NCBI GenBank assembly: GCA_028826165.1
Contig: JAPDFW010000114.1
Location: 186,001-250,000 of the forward strand
Origin: Anaeramoeba ignava BMAN
Lineage: Eukaryota > Protista > Anaeramoebae
Direction: 5' to 3'
Length of the DNA: 64,000 nt
Position numbers and translations under genes: made by a program. A model generated the notes under the pieces. That model saw only the letters and a program-made list of their open reading frames with translations. It had not been told where the DNA came from and made no database searches. This document shows positions 41,101 through 52,420 of the stretch, piece by piece. The stretch's first letter is position 1. Each line of letters opens with the position of its first letter.

Positions 41101-41619
41101 CGAGTAGTGGATGATATCGCGGCAAAATACGGCTCAAAAGTTTTCAATTCTGCTGTCGGTGAAATCAATGTTGCTCAAGAAATGATCCGCACAAATAGCA
41201 TTATTGGCGGAGAAGGAAACGGCGGCGTTATGCTTCCCGATGTCCATATCGGAAGAGACTCACTTGTTTCTGTTGCTCTTGTTCTTCAGCTCTTGTCATC
41301 TTTCAACGGAACTATTTCCCAACTTAAAAATTCTCTTCCTCAATATCAAATTGCGAAATTGCGAATTGATTTATCTCCTGATTTGGATCCTGATTTGATT
41401 ATTCAACAATATGTAAACCGTTTCTCAAATACTAATGGTTTTGTCTTGAATTCTTTGGATGGTCTTCGTATTGATTCTAAAGATTGGTGGGTTCATTTGA
41501 GAAAATCTAATACAGAACCAATTATTAGAATTATTGGTGAATCTTCTGATCCAAATGTTTCAAGTTTTCAACTTTGTCAAAGATTTGTAGATGAGATTCA
41601 GGATAAAGACAAGAAATGA
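38150..41619 (+). CDS. Alpha-D-phosphohexomutase (PMM/PGM/GlmM-like, bacterial-type), 469 aa; exons 38150-38410, 38471-38549, 40550-41619
   Basis: SVSGIRG, GRDSRVSG, PTPT, catalytic TSSHN, metal-binding DPDADR, VGE, GGEGNGG, GRD, DGLR and RKSNTEP. Confidence 0.93.
38572..40537 (+). repeat. Intronic, perfectly phased 12-bp satellite (~160 units; TTTATTTAAAAA / TTCATTTATAAA / TCCATTTAAAAA variants)
   Basis: The register is conserved across the whole array; intron 38550-40549. Confidence 0.95.
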
Positions 41620-41754
41620 AATTTTCAAAAGAATTTAAGATGCAAGCATATTTTTAAAATGGAGACTATAATTTAAGAATGAAAATATTTTTAGAATGAA
41701 AACAAATTTAAATTTTAATTTTAGAATGAAAACAAATTTAAATTTTAGAATGAA

Positions 41755-42670
41755 GATATTAAAATTAAAATTCAAATTAAAATTCAAATTAAAATTAAAA
41801 TTCAAATTCAATTTCAAATTCAATTTAATATTCAAATTCAAATTAATATTCAAATTCAAATTAAAATTAATATTCAAATTAATATTAAAAATTCAAATTC
41901 AAATCAAATTCAAATTCAAATCAAATTCAAATTAAAATTAAAATTCAAATTCAAATTTAAATTAAAATTCAAATTCAAATTCAAATTCAAATTAAAATTC
42001 AAATTTAAATTTAAATTAAAATTAATATTAAAATTAATATTCAAATTCAAATTCAAATTTAAATTTAAATTAAAATTAATATTCAAATTCAAATTAAAAT
42101 TAAAATTAAAATTAAAATTAAAATTTAATTTAAATTAAATATCAAATTAAAATTAAATTTAAATTTAAAATTCAATTTCAAATTTAAATTCAAATTAAAA
42201 TTCAAATTAAATATTAAATTTAATATTAAAATTAAAATTCAAATTAAAATTAAAATTAAAATTCAAATTAATATTAAAATTCAAATTAAAATCAAAATTC
42301 AAATTCAATTTCAAATTCAATTTAATATTCAAATTCAAATTAATATTCAAATTCAAATTAAAATTCAAATTCAAATTAAAATTCAAATTAAAATTCAAAT
42401 TAAAATTCAAAATCAAAATCAAAATCAAAATTAAAATTCAAATTAAAATTAATATTCAAATTCAAATTCAAATTCAAATTAAAATTAAAATTCAATTTAA
42501 AATTCAAATTAAAATTAATATTCAAATTAAAAATTAAAATTAATATTCAAATTCAAATTCAAATTAATATTCAAATTAAAATTCAAATTCAAATTAAATA
42601 TCAAATTCAAATTAAAATTAAAATTAAAATTAAAAATTCAAATGAAGATCAAAATTAAATTAAAATTAAA
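41755..42670. repeat. Intergenic hexamer satellite AAATT(C/A)
   Basis: Direct inspection. Confidence 0.9.
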
Positions 42671-43029
42671 ATGAAAAATTAAAAAAAGATGAATAAATTA
42701 ACCATTTAATAATCAATTTAATTTAATTTTAAATTTGATTTAATTTTTTAATTGAAAAGAAAAAGGAAAAAAAAAATAATTCCACTTTGATCTTTTATTT
42801 AATTTTTATTTTTGTTTTTGTTTTTATTTTTATTTTAATTTTTGTTTTTGTTTTTGTTTTTGTTTTTAAATTTTAAATAATAAAATAAAACTCTTTTTTA
42901 CAAGAAAAAGTAGAAAAAAAAAATATAAAAAAAATTTTTTCTTCTTTTTATAAAATAAAAAAAAATAAAAAAAATGAAAAAATCAAAATTCATTTTTTTT
43001 TTATAATTTTTTAAAACTTTTACAGAAAT

Positions 43030-43611
43030 ATGGATACATCAGTTAGTGTGAAGTGTGTAGTAGTAGGAGATGGAGGAGTTGGAAAAACGTGCATGATGAT
43101 ATCCTACACACAGAACAAGTTTCCTGACGATTACTCACCAACGGTATTTGACAACTACTCTTCATATGTAATGTACAACAACAAACCAGTACCAATTAGT
43201 TTATGGGACACAGCGGGGCAGTCTGATTACGATCACTTGCGACCGCTTTCCTACACAAACACAGATATTTTCATAGTCTGTTTTTCACTTGTTGCGCCAG
43301 TTTCTTTTGAAAATGTTGATGAGAAATGGATTCCTGAAATCCAAAAAAACGCAAAAGATGTCCCTATTTTACTTGTCGGTACAAAACTCGATTTGAGAGA
43401 GGACCAAGCTTACTTGCAAAAGGAAAAAATTACCCCTATTTCTGCCGCTCAAACTTCTTCTCTTGTTAAAAAGTTCGCTCTTAAAGGTTATGTTGAATGT
43501 TCTGCAAAAACTCAGAAAAATTTGAAGAATGTTTTTGCTGAAGCTGTCAAAATACATTTTGAACCTAACCAGGATAATAAAAAGGAGTCCGGTTGTTGTC
43601 TTATTCTCTAG
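43030..43611 (+). CDS. Rho-family small GTPase (Rac-like), intronless, prenylated
   Basis: VVVGDGGVGKT, YSPTVFDNY, LWDTAGQ, LRPLSY, VGTKLDLR, ECSAK, and C-terminal CCLIL CAAX box. Confidence 0.96.
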   Translation: MDTSVSVKCVVVGDGGVGKTCMMISYTQNKFPDDYSPTVFDNYSSYVMYNNKPVPISLWDTAGQSDYDHLRPLSYTNTDIFIVCFSLVAPVSFENVDEKWIPEIQKNAKDVPILLVGTKLDLREDQAYLQKEKITPISAAQTSSLVKKFALKGYVECSAKTQKNLKNVFAEAVKIHFEPNQDNKKESGCCLIL

Positions 43612-43884
43612 ATTCTTCTTCCTCTTATTGTTCTATCCTTCCGTTTTTTTTTCTTCACTTCTTCTTCTTTTTTCTTCTTTTTGAATTGATTTACTTACTT
43701 TTTTTCTTTTTTTTTTTCTTTTCATTTCGTTTGATTTGATTTGATTTGATTTGATTTGATTTACTTTTAATTTTTTTTTTTTGATTTTTTGGTTTGACAA
43801 TTTCGTTACATCATTTTGAATCTCACACTTATTGTAATAAAATAACTTCCAAAAAGTCATAAAAACAAAACAAAACAAAATTTC

Positions 43885-44690
43885 TTAATCAATCAAAAAA
43901 AAGCAATCAAAAAAAAACAATCAACAAAACTCAACAAAATAATCAACAAAACAATCAAAAAAACAATCAAAAAAACAATCAAAAAAATAATCAACAAAAC
44001 AATCAACAAAACAATCAACAAAACAATCAACAAAACAATCAACAAAACAATCAAAAAAATATCAACAAAACAATCAACAAATCAATCAACAAATCAATCA
44101 AAAAAATCAATCAACAAAACAATCAACAAAACAATCAAAAAATCAATCAAAAAAATAATCAACAAAACAATCAAAAAAAAAACAATCAACAAAACAATCA
44201 ACAAAACAATCAACAAAACAATCAACAAAATAATCAACAAAATAATCAACAAAACAATCAAAAAAAAAACAATCAAAAAAACAATCAACAAAACAATCAA
44301 AAAAACAATCAACAAAATAATCAAAAAAATAATCAAAAAAACAATCAACAAAGCAATCAAAAAAAACAATCAAAAAAATAATCAACAAAATAATCAACAA
44401 AATAATCAAAAAAATATCAACAAAAACAATCAAAAAAACAATCAAAAAAACAATCAAAAAAACAATCAAAAAAACAATCAAAAAAACTCAACAAATCAAT
44501 CAAAAAAAAACAATCAAAAAAAACAATCAAAAAAACAATCAAAAAAACAATCAAAAATATCAACAAAACAATCAACAAAACAATCAACAAAACAATCAAC
44601 AAAACAATCAACAAAACAATCAACAAAACAATCAACAAAACAATCAACAAAACAATCAACAAATCAATCAAAAAAAAAACAATCAAAAAA
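43885..44690. repeat. Intergenic ~12-bp satellite AATCAA(C/A)AAAAC
   Basis: Direct inspection; lies between the convergent 3' ends of the Rac and hypothetical genes. Confidence 0.92.
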
Positions 44691-44801
44691 AAGGAAAAAA
44701 AATTGGAATTCTTAAATTTATTTCGGAAAAAAAAAATCAAAAAAAAAACTAGAAAGGAAAATAAAATTTTAATCAACTTTTTTTTTCAGAATTATTATTA
44801 T

Positions 44802-46596
44802 TTAATTATTGTTATTATTGTTATTGTTGTTGTTATTGTTATTGTTATTGTTATTGTTATTGTTATTGTTATTGTTATTGTGATTAAAATCAATCTTTTC
44901 AAAACTAAAATCAAAACTTTCAAGATTTTGGAAATCTTTTTCATTGGAAGAAAATTTTCCATCAATACCAAAAATATCTTCAAAATCATCTTGTTTTTTT
45001 TCTTGTTGTAATAATATTTGTCGTAAAATTTCTTGATTTCTTGGACTAAATTCTTGTTGAAAATTTGCATCCTGAAAAACGATTGATTGGAAATTTTGAG
45101 AATTTAAATCTGATGATTGGATTTCAGAGAATTTGAGTGTAGAAATTGTATCATCTTTTTGTGATTCAATTGATCCACCAATTTTGGGCATCATTTTTTG
45201 ACTAATTGATGAGAATTGGTAAAAAACTTGAAATACGATTTCTTGAAGATTTTCTGAATTGCAAATAAGAATAAAATCTTCGAATAATAATTTAGTTTTT
45301 TGTCCAATAATTTTGAATATCTAAATTTATATTTTGATTTATATTTATATATTTATATTTAGATTTATATTTATATTTTGATTTAGATTTATATATTTAT
45401 ATTTTGATTTAGATTTATATTTATATTTAGATTTATATTTAGATTTATATTTATATTTTAAATATTTATTATTATATTTATATTTATATCTAAATTTATA
45501 TTTTGATTTATATTTAGATTTAGATTTATATTTATATTTTGAATATTTATATTTATATTTTGATTTATATTTATATTTAGATTTATATTTATATTTATAT
45601 TTATATTTATATTTATATTTATATTTATATTTATATTTATATTTATATTTATATTTATATTTATATTTATATTTATATTTATATTTATATTTATATTTCT
45701 ATTTATATTTTAAATATTTATTATTATATTTAGATTTAGATTTATATTTATATTAATTTTTCTATTCAAACATTAGGTCTGTTATTTTGCCAATAAAATA
45801 AAGCAGATTCTTTATTAAATGAAGAAATAACAATATGATAAGGATCAATCCGAAGTAATCCTGGAATTGGTCCTTTATGAGTAAATTCGTTTTCAGATTT
45901 CCATTCAATATCTAAAGAAAAAACTGCAAATCCTTGAAAAACACACCTATCGATAATAACTTTCTTTTCCAATTTTGCTATAAATATTTTTGAAATGAAA
46001 TTTGGATATTAAATTCAAGTTGGAAATCAATTTTGGTTTGTAAATTCTTTACATCCTATGATTTCTCCTTTAACTGGAATCATTTCAATAAATCCTGTTC
46101 GATAATAAGAAAACATTTCATATAATTTTTCGAAAATATATCTTTGTGAACGATTTACAAATTCAAACTGATAAATATATTTTTCCGAAATTGATAATTG
46201 TAGAATTTTTGGATTAATTTCATCTTGGATTAACTTGATTCATTCAAAAAGATTTTGTTTGAAAAAAAGTTTTAAGAACAAAAAAACAATAAAAAATAAT
46301 TAAAAAATCAATCAATAATATTTCAATTTTACTTTCATTTGAGAATTATAATTTTTTGAATAAATTTTATGCTCATTAATTTTAACAGTTAATTTTTCTG
46401 ATTTTAATTCTATAACACAGTTTCGATTTTCATTTTCTTTCTTTAAATCGTTTTCAATAATTATTGTTTTATTTGGATCAAGAATTTCAACATTAAATAA
46501 AGCTCCTCCATTTGTAAAATAATCAGCAACAATTCTTTTTAATTTGTGAGTTGATTTTTGGAAAAGATATTCATTCTTTTTTTCTTCATAAATCAT
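44802..46596 (-). CDS. Hypothetical protein (389 aa) with a poly-Asn C-terminus; exons 46596-46333, 46233-46053, 45977-45772, 45320-44802
   Basis: Three GT-AG introns join four stop-free exons into 1,170 nt; no family recognised. Confidence 0.7.
45322..45755. repeat. Intronic hexamer repeat (ATTTAT)n
   Basis: Direct inspection. Confidence 0.9.
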
Positions 46597-46658
46597 TTTA
46601 GAAGCAAAAAAAAAATGAAAAAAAAAACATGAAAAAAAAAAAGAATTTTTTCTCAATT

Positions 46659-48169
46659 TTAAAGCAAATAAGTCTCAAATTCTTCAACTTTCCATGAATT
46701 AAAGCAACCAGCTAAATAACTCTTGGCTTCATTTGTTCTATATTCAATTTCTTTAGGCAGATTATAAATAAATCCAAAATTTGAATAACCACTTGTTAAA
46801 TCACTATTTAAATAAAAATCAAAACCTGCTCCAAAAATTGGACCACAATTTGAATAATAACAATTCGCATATTCTTCCTCTCCTCTTTTAATTTGAAATT
46901 TCTCTGGCTTCCTATTATTTTTATCATTTCTTAATGAAAAAATAAATGCATTTGGATCAATAATAAATCCATGATTTTGTTTAACATCTTCTTTTCTCCA
47001 TTTTGATTTATCCATTGTAAATCCCACTTTTGTAAATCCTCCAAAAATAAAATCATCTTTTGTTTTTGATGAGAATTAATGTTTTTCCTTTGTTGTCACA
47101 TTTTAAGTGCCATTTCTTACAATTAAATCCATCTCTTTTTGCTGAAAATCTTAATTTCATTTTCGAAAAGAATTCATCATCATTGATCCATTTTTGTAAT
47201 TTTTCAAAATGTTTTCTTTCTTGAATTATTTTTGATTGAAGTCTGATTCTTGTTTTGAAGATGAATGATTCTAAATTTTGGTTTTCTTTTTTGATAAGTT
47301 TTTTTAATTCTGTTTGATTTTCATTTTCATTTTCATTTTCATTTTGTTGAAGTTTTTGGAATTGAATTAATTTTTCTGAAATTTCATTTGGAATTAAATC
47401 TTCTTTCAAAATAGTTTCCAGTTCTTCTTTTGAAAAATCAATAAATCTTATTTTTGGAACAATATTCGAAATGAGGTTCTTGAGATTATCTTTTTCTTGA
47501 TTAATATTTGATTTATGTTTTCCCCATTTTATTATTGATTGAAATATTTCAAATTCATTTGTTAGTATAAAATCATTTGATAATATTGATTTTAAATGAT
47601 TTTCTTCAAGTTCAAGAAAAAATGGAGTTTTAATAAATTCTTCGAAATTTTCTGAAATAAATTGATAAGAAGAATTCAATAATTGATTTAAGTTCATTGA
47701 CTCAGATAATTTAATAACATCAAGAACAGATTCAAATTGGAAATTATTTTTAATAAATTCTGAAGCAAATCCAATTAATTCATCAATTAAATATTTGGAT
47801 GAAAAAATTAAAATTTCTATTGCGTTTTCTAAACTAATTTCAATTTTTCCTGAATAAAAATAATTTAAAATTGAAGATAGAATTGAACTTGAAACATCTT
47901 TTAGAATTAATTTATTTTCTTGATATTCTTTCATTTTGGAATTAAAAAGTGATTTAAAATATTCACTTCTTGAAGAAAGAATTGATTTATGAGTTTTAAA
48001 TGAAAATTTATTTTGTTCACAATTTATTTGAAAATCAAAATAATTTTCCTCTTCTTTTTCATTTTGATTTTGATTTTGATTTTGATTTTTGATTTTGATT
48101 TTGATTTTGATTTTGAAATAAATTTTTTAAATCATTTGAAAGTTTTTCTAAATTTGAAAAACTGTCCAT
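46659..48169 (-). CDS. BTB-BACK-TLDc protein (~502 aa) with two apparent +1 frameshifts (~48088 and ~47065)
   Basis: MDSFSNLEKLSNDL..., FKTHKSILSSRSEYF, ILNYFYSG, RDGFNCKKWHLKCDNKGKTL, (IKTKDD)FIFGGFT, AFIFSL, GPIFG. Span 1,511 nt minus 2 gives 503 codons. Confidence 0.85.
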
Positions 48170-48223
48170 TTTTTTTTTATTAAAAATTTTGAAATGAGAA
48201 AAATGAAAAAATGAAAAAATGAA

Positions 48224-48493
48224 TTTTGATTTTAATTTTGATTTTAATTTTAATTTTAATTTTAATTTTAATTTTAATTTTAATTTTAATTTTAATTTTA
48301 ATTTTAATTTTGATTTTAATTTTAATTTTAATTTTAATTTTGATTTTAATTTTGATTTTTAATTTTAATTTTGATTTTAATTTTAATTTTAATTTTAATT
48401 TTAATTTTAATTTTAATTTTAATTTTAATTTTAATTTTAATTTTAATTTTAATTTTAATTTTAATTTTAATTTTGATTTTGATTTTGATTTTA
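48224..48493. repeat. (TTTTAA/TTTTGA)n hexamer spacer
   Basis: Direct inspection; begins at the stop codon of the RCC1-BTB gene. Confidence 0.95.
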
Positions 48494-50272
48494 ATTTTGA
48501 TTATTAAATTTTTTAATTAATAAATCAAATAAATTTGGATTTGTTTGATTTAATTGAAAATAATCAATTCCAATTTTAATTTCATCAATGATTTCTTGTG
48601 TAATTTCAATTTCATCTTTAATTTGATTTGAATAAATCCAATATTCTAATATTTGAAATGATTTATTACTTAATTCACTATAATCTGTAACTTTATTAGA
48701 AGTATCTTCAGTTACAGATAAAAACATTCCTCGATATAATTCACTTCTCATTATTAATATTAATTTAGGAAATTTATATTGTTTTTCTTTTCTTTCAATT
48801 ATAAAATCTTTTTCATTTTCATTTAAATAAATTCTTTTCATTGTTTCTTCAATTTTTTCATTTAAATTTATAATTTCTTTAATTTCAGAATATAATTTTG
48901 GATTTATTATTTTGTTTGAATAAATCATTTCAAATATTTGATTTGATTCTTTAATTGATTTTTTTGAAATAATTTCTTGAAGTTTTTCAATTTGATTTTG
49001 ATTTTGATTTAATCTATATTTCAATATTAATTTATGAGCTTCAATTATTTCTCCATTTTCTGTTTTAAATGAAATATCACAAAATTCTTTTCTTTCAAAT
49101 AATTTTATCAAATCTTCTTCAAGATTGGAAAAAGAAGGAGGAGAATAATAAAGAAATGATTTATAATATCCACAAGAAATATGATAATTGGAAATATCTT
49201 CATTAAATCTTAATCTAGGAAGTTCAATTTGAATTGGAATAAATTGATCATTTGTATCTCCAGTTCCTAATTGACCATAACAATTTAATCCAAATCCAAT
49301 TAATTTTGAATTGGAAGTTAAAATCAAATTATGAAAATTTCCAACAGAAAAATCAAGAATATTATCATCATTTTCAAACAAAGATGATTTGATTTCAGTA
49401 AATTCATAAGTATTTCGATTCTTGTCAAGTCCATTAGATAGATAATCTCCACATGAATAAAGTTTTCTTTTTGGATTTTGATTTTCATTTTCAATCAATA
49501 TTATTGAAAAAGCAGTTCCACATTGAATATCAATTATTTTACCTTTTGGAATATTTTTGATTTTAATTAATTTTTGGATTTGTGTTTCTTTTATTGATTT
49601 TCCTAATCCAATTTGATTAAATCCATTGTAACCACATCCAAATAATTCTTGATTTGAATTTAAAAGAAAAACATGATTTGAAGTATTTCCTGAAAATATT
49701 TTAGAAACATTTTTCATCATTAAAATTGGTTTTTTTGTTTTTGGAAGTGTTTCAGAATCAAAACCAAGTTGACCAAATTGATTTGAACCAATTCCATAAG
49801 CATTTTGATTTGAAGTTAATAAGTAAATTGAACTAGCTCCAGAAACAATATCTTGAATTATTCTATCATTTGTATCTTTAATTAATGATGAAATATTGAT
49901 AAATTGATTTGGATTTTTTGGATTAATATCTTTTCCTTTAGCAAATACATTTCCTTCTTTTGTTAAAATAGCTTCATCTTGAATACCAACAGTTACTTTT
50001 TGAATATTTTCTTCAATTTGTATTTTTTGAGGATTTTGATTTGAATCATTTTCACTTAAATATTCTATTGCTTTTCCATTTTTAAAAAGGAAAATTGTTG
50101 AATAATTTGATGTTGAAATTTTTTTAATTTGTTTTTCATTTTCATTTTCATTTTCATTTTCATTTTCATTTTCATTTTTAAATTTAAATTGAATTGGTTT
50201 TATTATTTCTTCTGATTCATTTTTGATAAGTTTTGGTTTTTGATTTTGACCAAAAAATAAACAATCATTCAT
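48491..50272 (-). CDS. RCC1-repeat propeller + BTB protein (paralogue A), intronless
   Basis: GSNQFGQLG and GLNCYGQLG RCC1 motifs; FCDISF...AHKLIL and LIMRSELYRGMF...YWIYSN BTB-like segments. Confidence 0.9.
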   Translation of the reverse strand: MNDCLFFGQNQKPKLIKNESEEIIKPIQFKFKNENENENENENENEKQIKKISTSNYSTIFLFKNGKAIEYLSENDSNQNPQKIQIEENIQKVTVGIQDEAILTKEGNVFAKGKDINPKNPNQFINISSLIKDTNDRIIQDIVSGASSIYLLTSNQNAYGIGSNQFGQLGFDSETLPKTKKPILMMKNVSKIFSGNTSNHVFLLNSNQELFGCGYNGFNQIGLGKSIKETQIQKLIKIKNIPKGKIIDIQCGTAFSIILIENENQNPKRKLYSCGDYLSNGLDKNRNTYEFTEIKSSLFENDDNILDFSVGNFHNLILTSNSKLIGFGLNCYGQLGTGDTNDQFIPIQIELPRLRFNEDISNYHISCGYYKSFLYYSPPSFSNLEEDLIKLFERKEFCDISFKTENGEIIEAHKLILKYRLNQNQNQIEKLQEIISKKSIKESNQIFEMIYSNKIINPKLYSEIKEIINLNEKIEETMKRIYLNENEKDFIIERKEKQYKFPKLILIMRSELYRGMFLSVTEDTSNKVTDYSELSNKSFQILEYWIYSNQIKDEIEITQEIIDEIKIGIDYFQLNQTNPNLFDLLIKKFNNQN

Positions 50273-50307
50273 TTTTGAAAAGAAAAAAAATGAAAAAATG
50301 ATTTTGG

Positions 50308-50610
50308 AATTTTAATTTTAATTTTAATTTTATTTTTATTTTTAATTTTGATTTTAATTTTAGTTTTAATTTTAATTTTAATTTTGATTTTAATTTTAAT
50401 TTTAATTTTAATTTTAATTTTAATTTTAATTTTAATTTTAATTTTAATTTAAATTTTAATTTTAATTTTAATTTTAATTTTAATTTTAATTTTGATTTTG
50501 ATTTTAATTTTAATTTTAATTTTAATTTTAATTTTAATTTTAATTTTGATTTTAATTTTAATTTTTAATTTTAATTTTAATTTTAATTTTAATTTTAATT
50601 TTAATTTTTA
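50308..50610. repeat. (TTTTAA/TTTTGA)n hexamer spacer
   Basis: Direct inspection. Confidence 0.95.
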
Positions 50611-52377
50611 ATTTTGATTATTAAATTTATTAAATAATAAATCAAATAAATTTGGATTTGTTTGATTTAATTGAAAATAATCAATTCCTGTTTTAAGTTC
50701 ATTAATAATTTTTTGTGTAATTTGAATTTCATCTTTAATTTGATTTGAATAAATCCAATATTCTAATATTTGAAATGATTTATTACTTAATTCACTATAA
50801 TCTGTAACTTTATTAGATTTATCTTCTGTTACAGATAAAAACATTCCTCGATATAATTCACTTCTCATTATTAATATTAATTTAGGAAATTTATATTGTT
50901 TTTCTTTTCTTTCAATTATAAAATCTTTTTCATTTTCATTTTCATTTTCATTTAAATAAATTCTTTTCATTGTTTCTTCAATTTTTTCATTTGAATTTAT
51001 AATTTCTTTAATTTCAGAATATAATTTTGGATTTATTATTCTGTTTAAATAAATCATTTCAAATATTTGATTTGATTCTTTAATTGATTTTTTTGAAATA
51101 ATTTCTTGAAGTTTTTCAAATTCATTTTCATTTTGATTTAATCTATATTTCAATATTAATTTATGAGCTTTGATTATTTCTCCATTTTCGGTTTTAAATG
51201 AAATATCACAAAATTCTTTTCTTTCAAATAGTTTTATCAAATCTTCTTCAAGATTGGAAAAAGAAGGAGGAGAATAATAAAGAAATGAATTATAATTCCC
51301 ACAAGAAATATGATAATAAGAAATATCAAATAATAATTCAGGAAGTTCAATTTGAATTGGAATTAATTGCCTTTCTGTATCTCCAGTTCCTAATTGACCA
51401 TCATCATTATTTCCAAATCCAATTAATTTCCCATTTCCTGTTAAAATCAAAGTATGAGAATTTCCAACAGAAATTTCAAGAATATTATCATCATTTTCAA
51501 ATAAAGATGATTTGATTTCAGTAAATTCATTTGATTTTTGATCATTTTCAATCCCAACGAATTCATAATATCCACATGAATAAAGTTTTCTTTTTGGATT
51601 TTGATTTTCATTTTCATTTTCAATCAACATTATTGAATGATAATCTCCACATTGAATATCAATTATTTTGCCTTTTGGAATATTTTGGATTTTAGTTAAT
51701 TTTTGGATTTTCCTTTCTTTTCTTGATTCTCCTAATCCAAGTTGACTGTATAAGTTATTTCCGCATCCAAATAATTCTTGATTTGAATTTAAAAGAAAAA
51801 CATGATTTGAAGAATTTCCTGAAAATATTTTAGAAACATTTTTCATCATTAAAATTGGTTTTTTTGTTTTATTAAGTGCTTTTGCACCAAGTTGACCAGA
51901 AGTATTAGAACCAATTCCATAAGCATTTTGATTTGAAGTTAATAAGTAAATTGTGCCATATCCAGAAGCAATATCTTGAATTATTCTATCTTTTTTATTT
52001 TTGATTAATGATGAAATATTGATAAATTCTTTTGGATTTTCTGGATTAATATTCATTCCTTTAACAAATACATTTCCTTCTATTGTTAAAATAGCTTGTT
52101 TTCGATAACCAAAAGCTACTTTTTGAATATTTTCTTCAATTTGGATTTTTTCAATATTTTGATTTAAATCATTTTCTTCAGTTAAATATTCTATTGCTTT
52201 TCCATTTTCAAAAAGGAAAATTAAAGGTTGACTTGGGTAAATTTTTTTAATTTGGTTTTTTTGGTTTTTTAATTGAAATTCATTTAATTGTGTAATTTTT
52301 GTTGGTTTATTTTTGAAAAAAGAAAAGAAAACATTTGAACCAAAAAAGAAAACTTGATTAAATTGATTAGAATTCAT
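50608..52377 (-). CDS. RCC1-repeat propeller + BTB protein (paralogue B), intronless
   Basis: Same architecture as paralogue A; the C-terminal third is nearly identical. Confidence 0.9.
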   Translation of the reverse strand: MNSNQFNQVFFFGSNVFFSFFKNKPTKITQLNEFQLKNQKNQIKKIYPSQPLIFLFENGKAIEYLTEENDLNQNIEKIQIEENIQKVAFGYRKQAILTIEGNVFVKGMNINPENPKEFINISSLIKNKKDRIIQDIASGYGTIYLLTSNQNAYGIGSNTSGQLGAKALNKTKKPILMMKNVSKIFSGNSSNHVFLLNSNQELFGCGNNLYSQLGLGESRKERKIQKLTKIQNIPKGKIIDIQCGDYHSIMLIENENENQNPKRKLYSCGYYEFVGIENDQKSNEFTEIKSSLFENDDNILEISVGNSHTLILTGNGKLIGFGNNDDGQLGTGDTERQLIPIQIELPELLFDISYYHISCGNYNSFLYYSPPSFSNLEEDLIKLFERKEFCDISFKTENGEIIKAHKLILKYRLNQNENEFEKLQEIISKKSIKESNQIFEMIYLNRIINPKLYSEIKEIINSNEKIEETMKRIYLNENENENEKDFIIERKEKQYKFPKLILIMRSELYRGMFLSVTEDKSNKVTDYSELSNKSFQILEYWIYSNQIKDEIQITQKIINELKTGIDYFQLNQTNPNLFDLLFNKFNNQN

Positions 52378-52384
52378 TTTTTTT

Positions 52385-52420
52385 GAAAAATGAAAAATGA
52401 AAAATGAAAAAATGAAAAAA
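52385..52420 (-). promoter_or_regulatory. Tandem TTCATTTT initiator-like motifs upstream of RCC1-BTB paralogue B
   Basis: aaaaatgaaaaatgaaaaatgaaaaaatgaaaa on the + strand, immediately 5' of ATG 52377. Confidence 0.6.

Noticed and set aside
46659-48169. Calling the frameshifted genes pseudogenes
   Set aside because: No in-frame stops or decay beyond single-A insertions, and the same lesion hits the core gene GCP3.
48224-50610. TAA-to-Gln code reassignment (CAAAAT/TAAAAT arrays continue the QN frame)
   Set aside because: Conserved genes (VPS25, BEACH, GCP3, TTM) end at TAA exactly where expected, and no in-frame TAA/TAG occurs in conserved domains.
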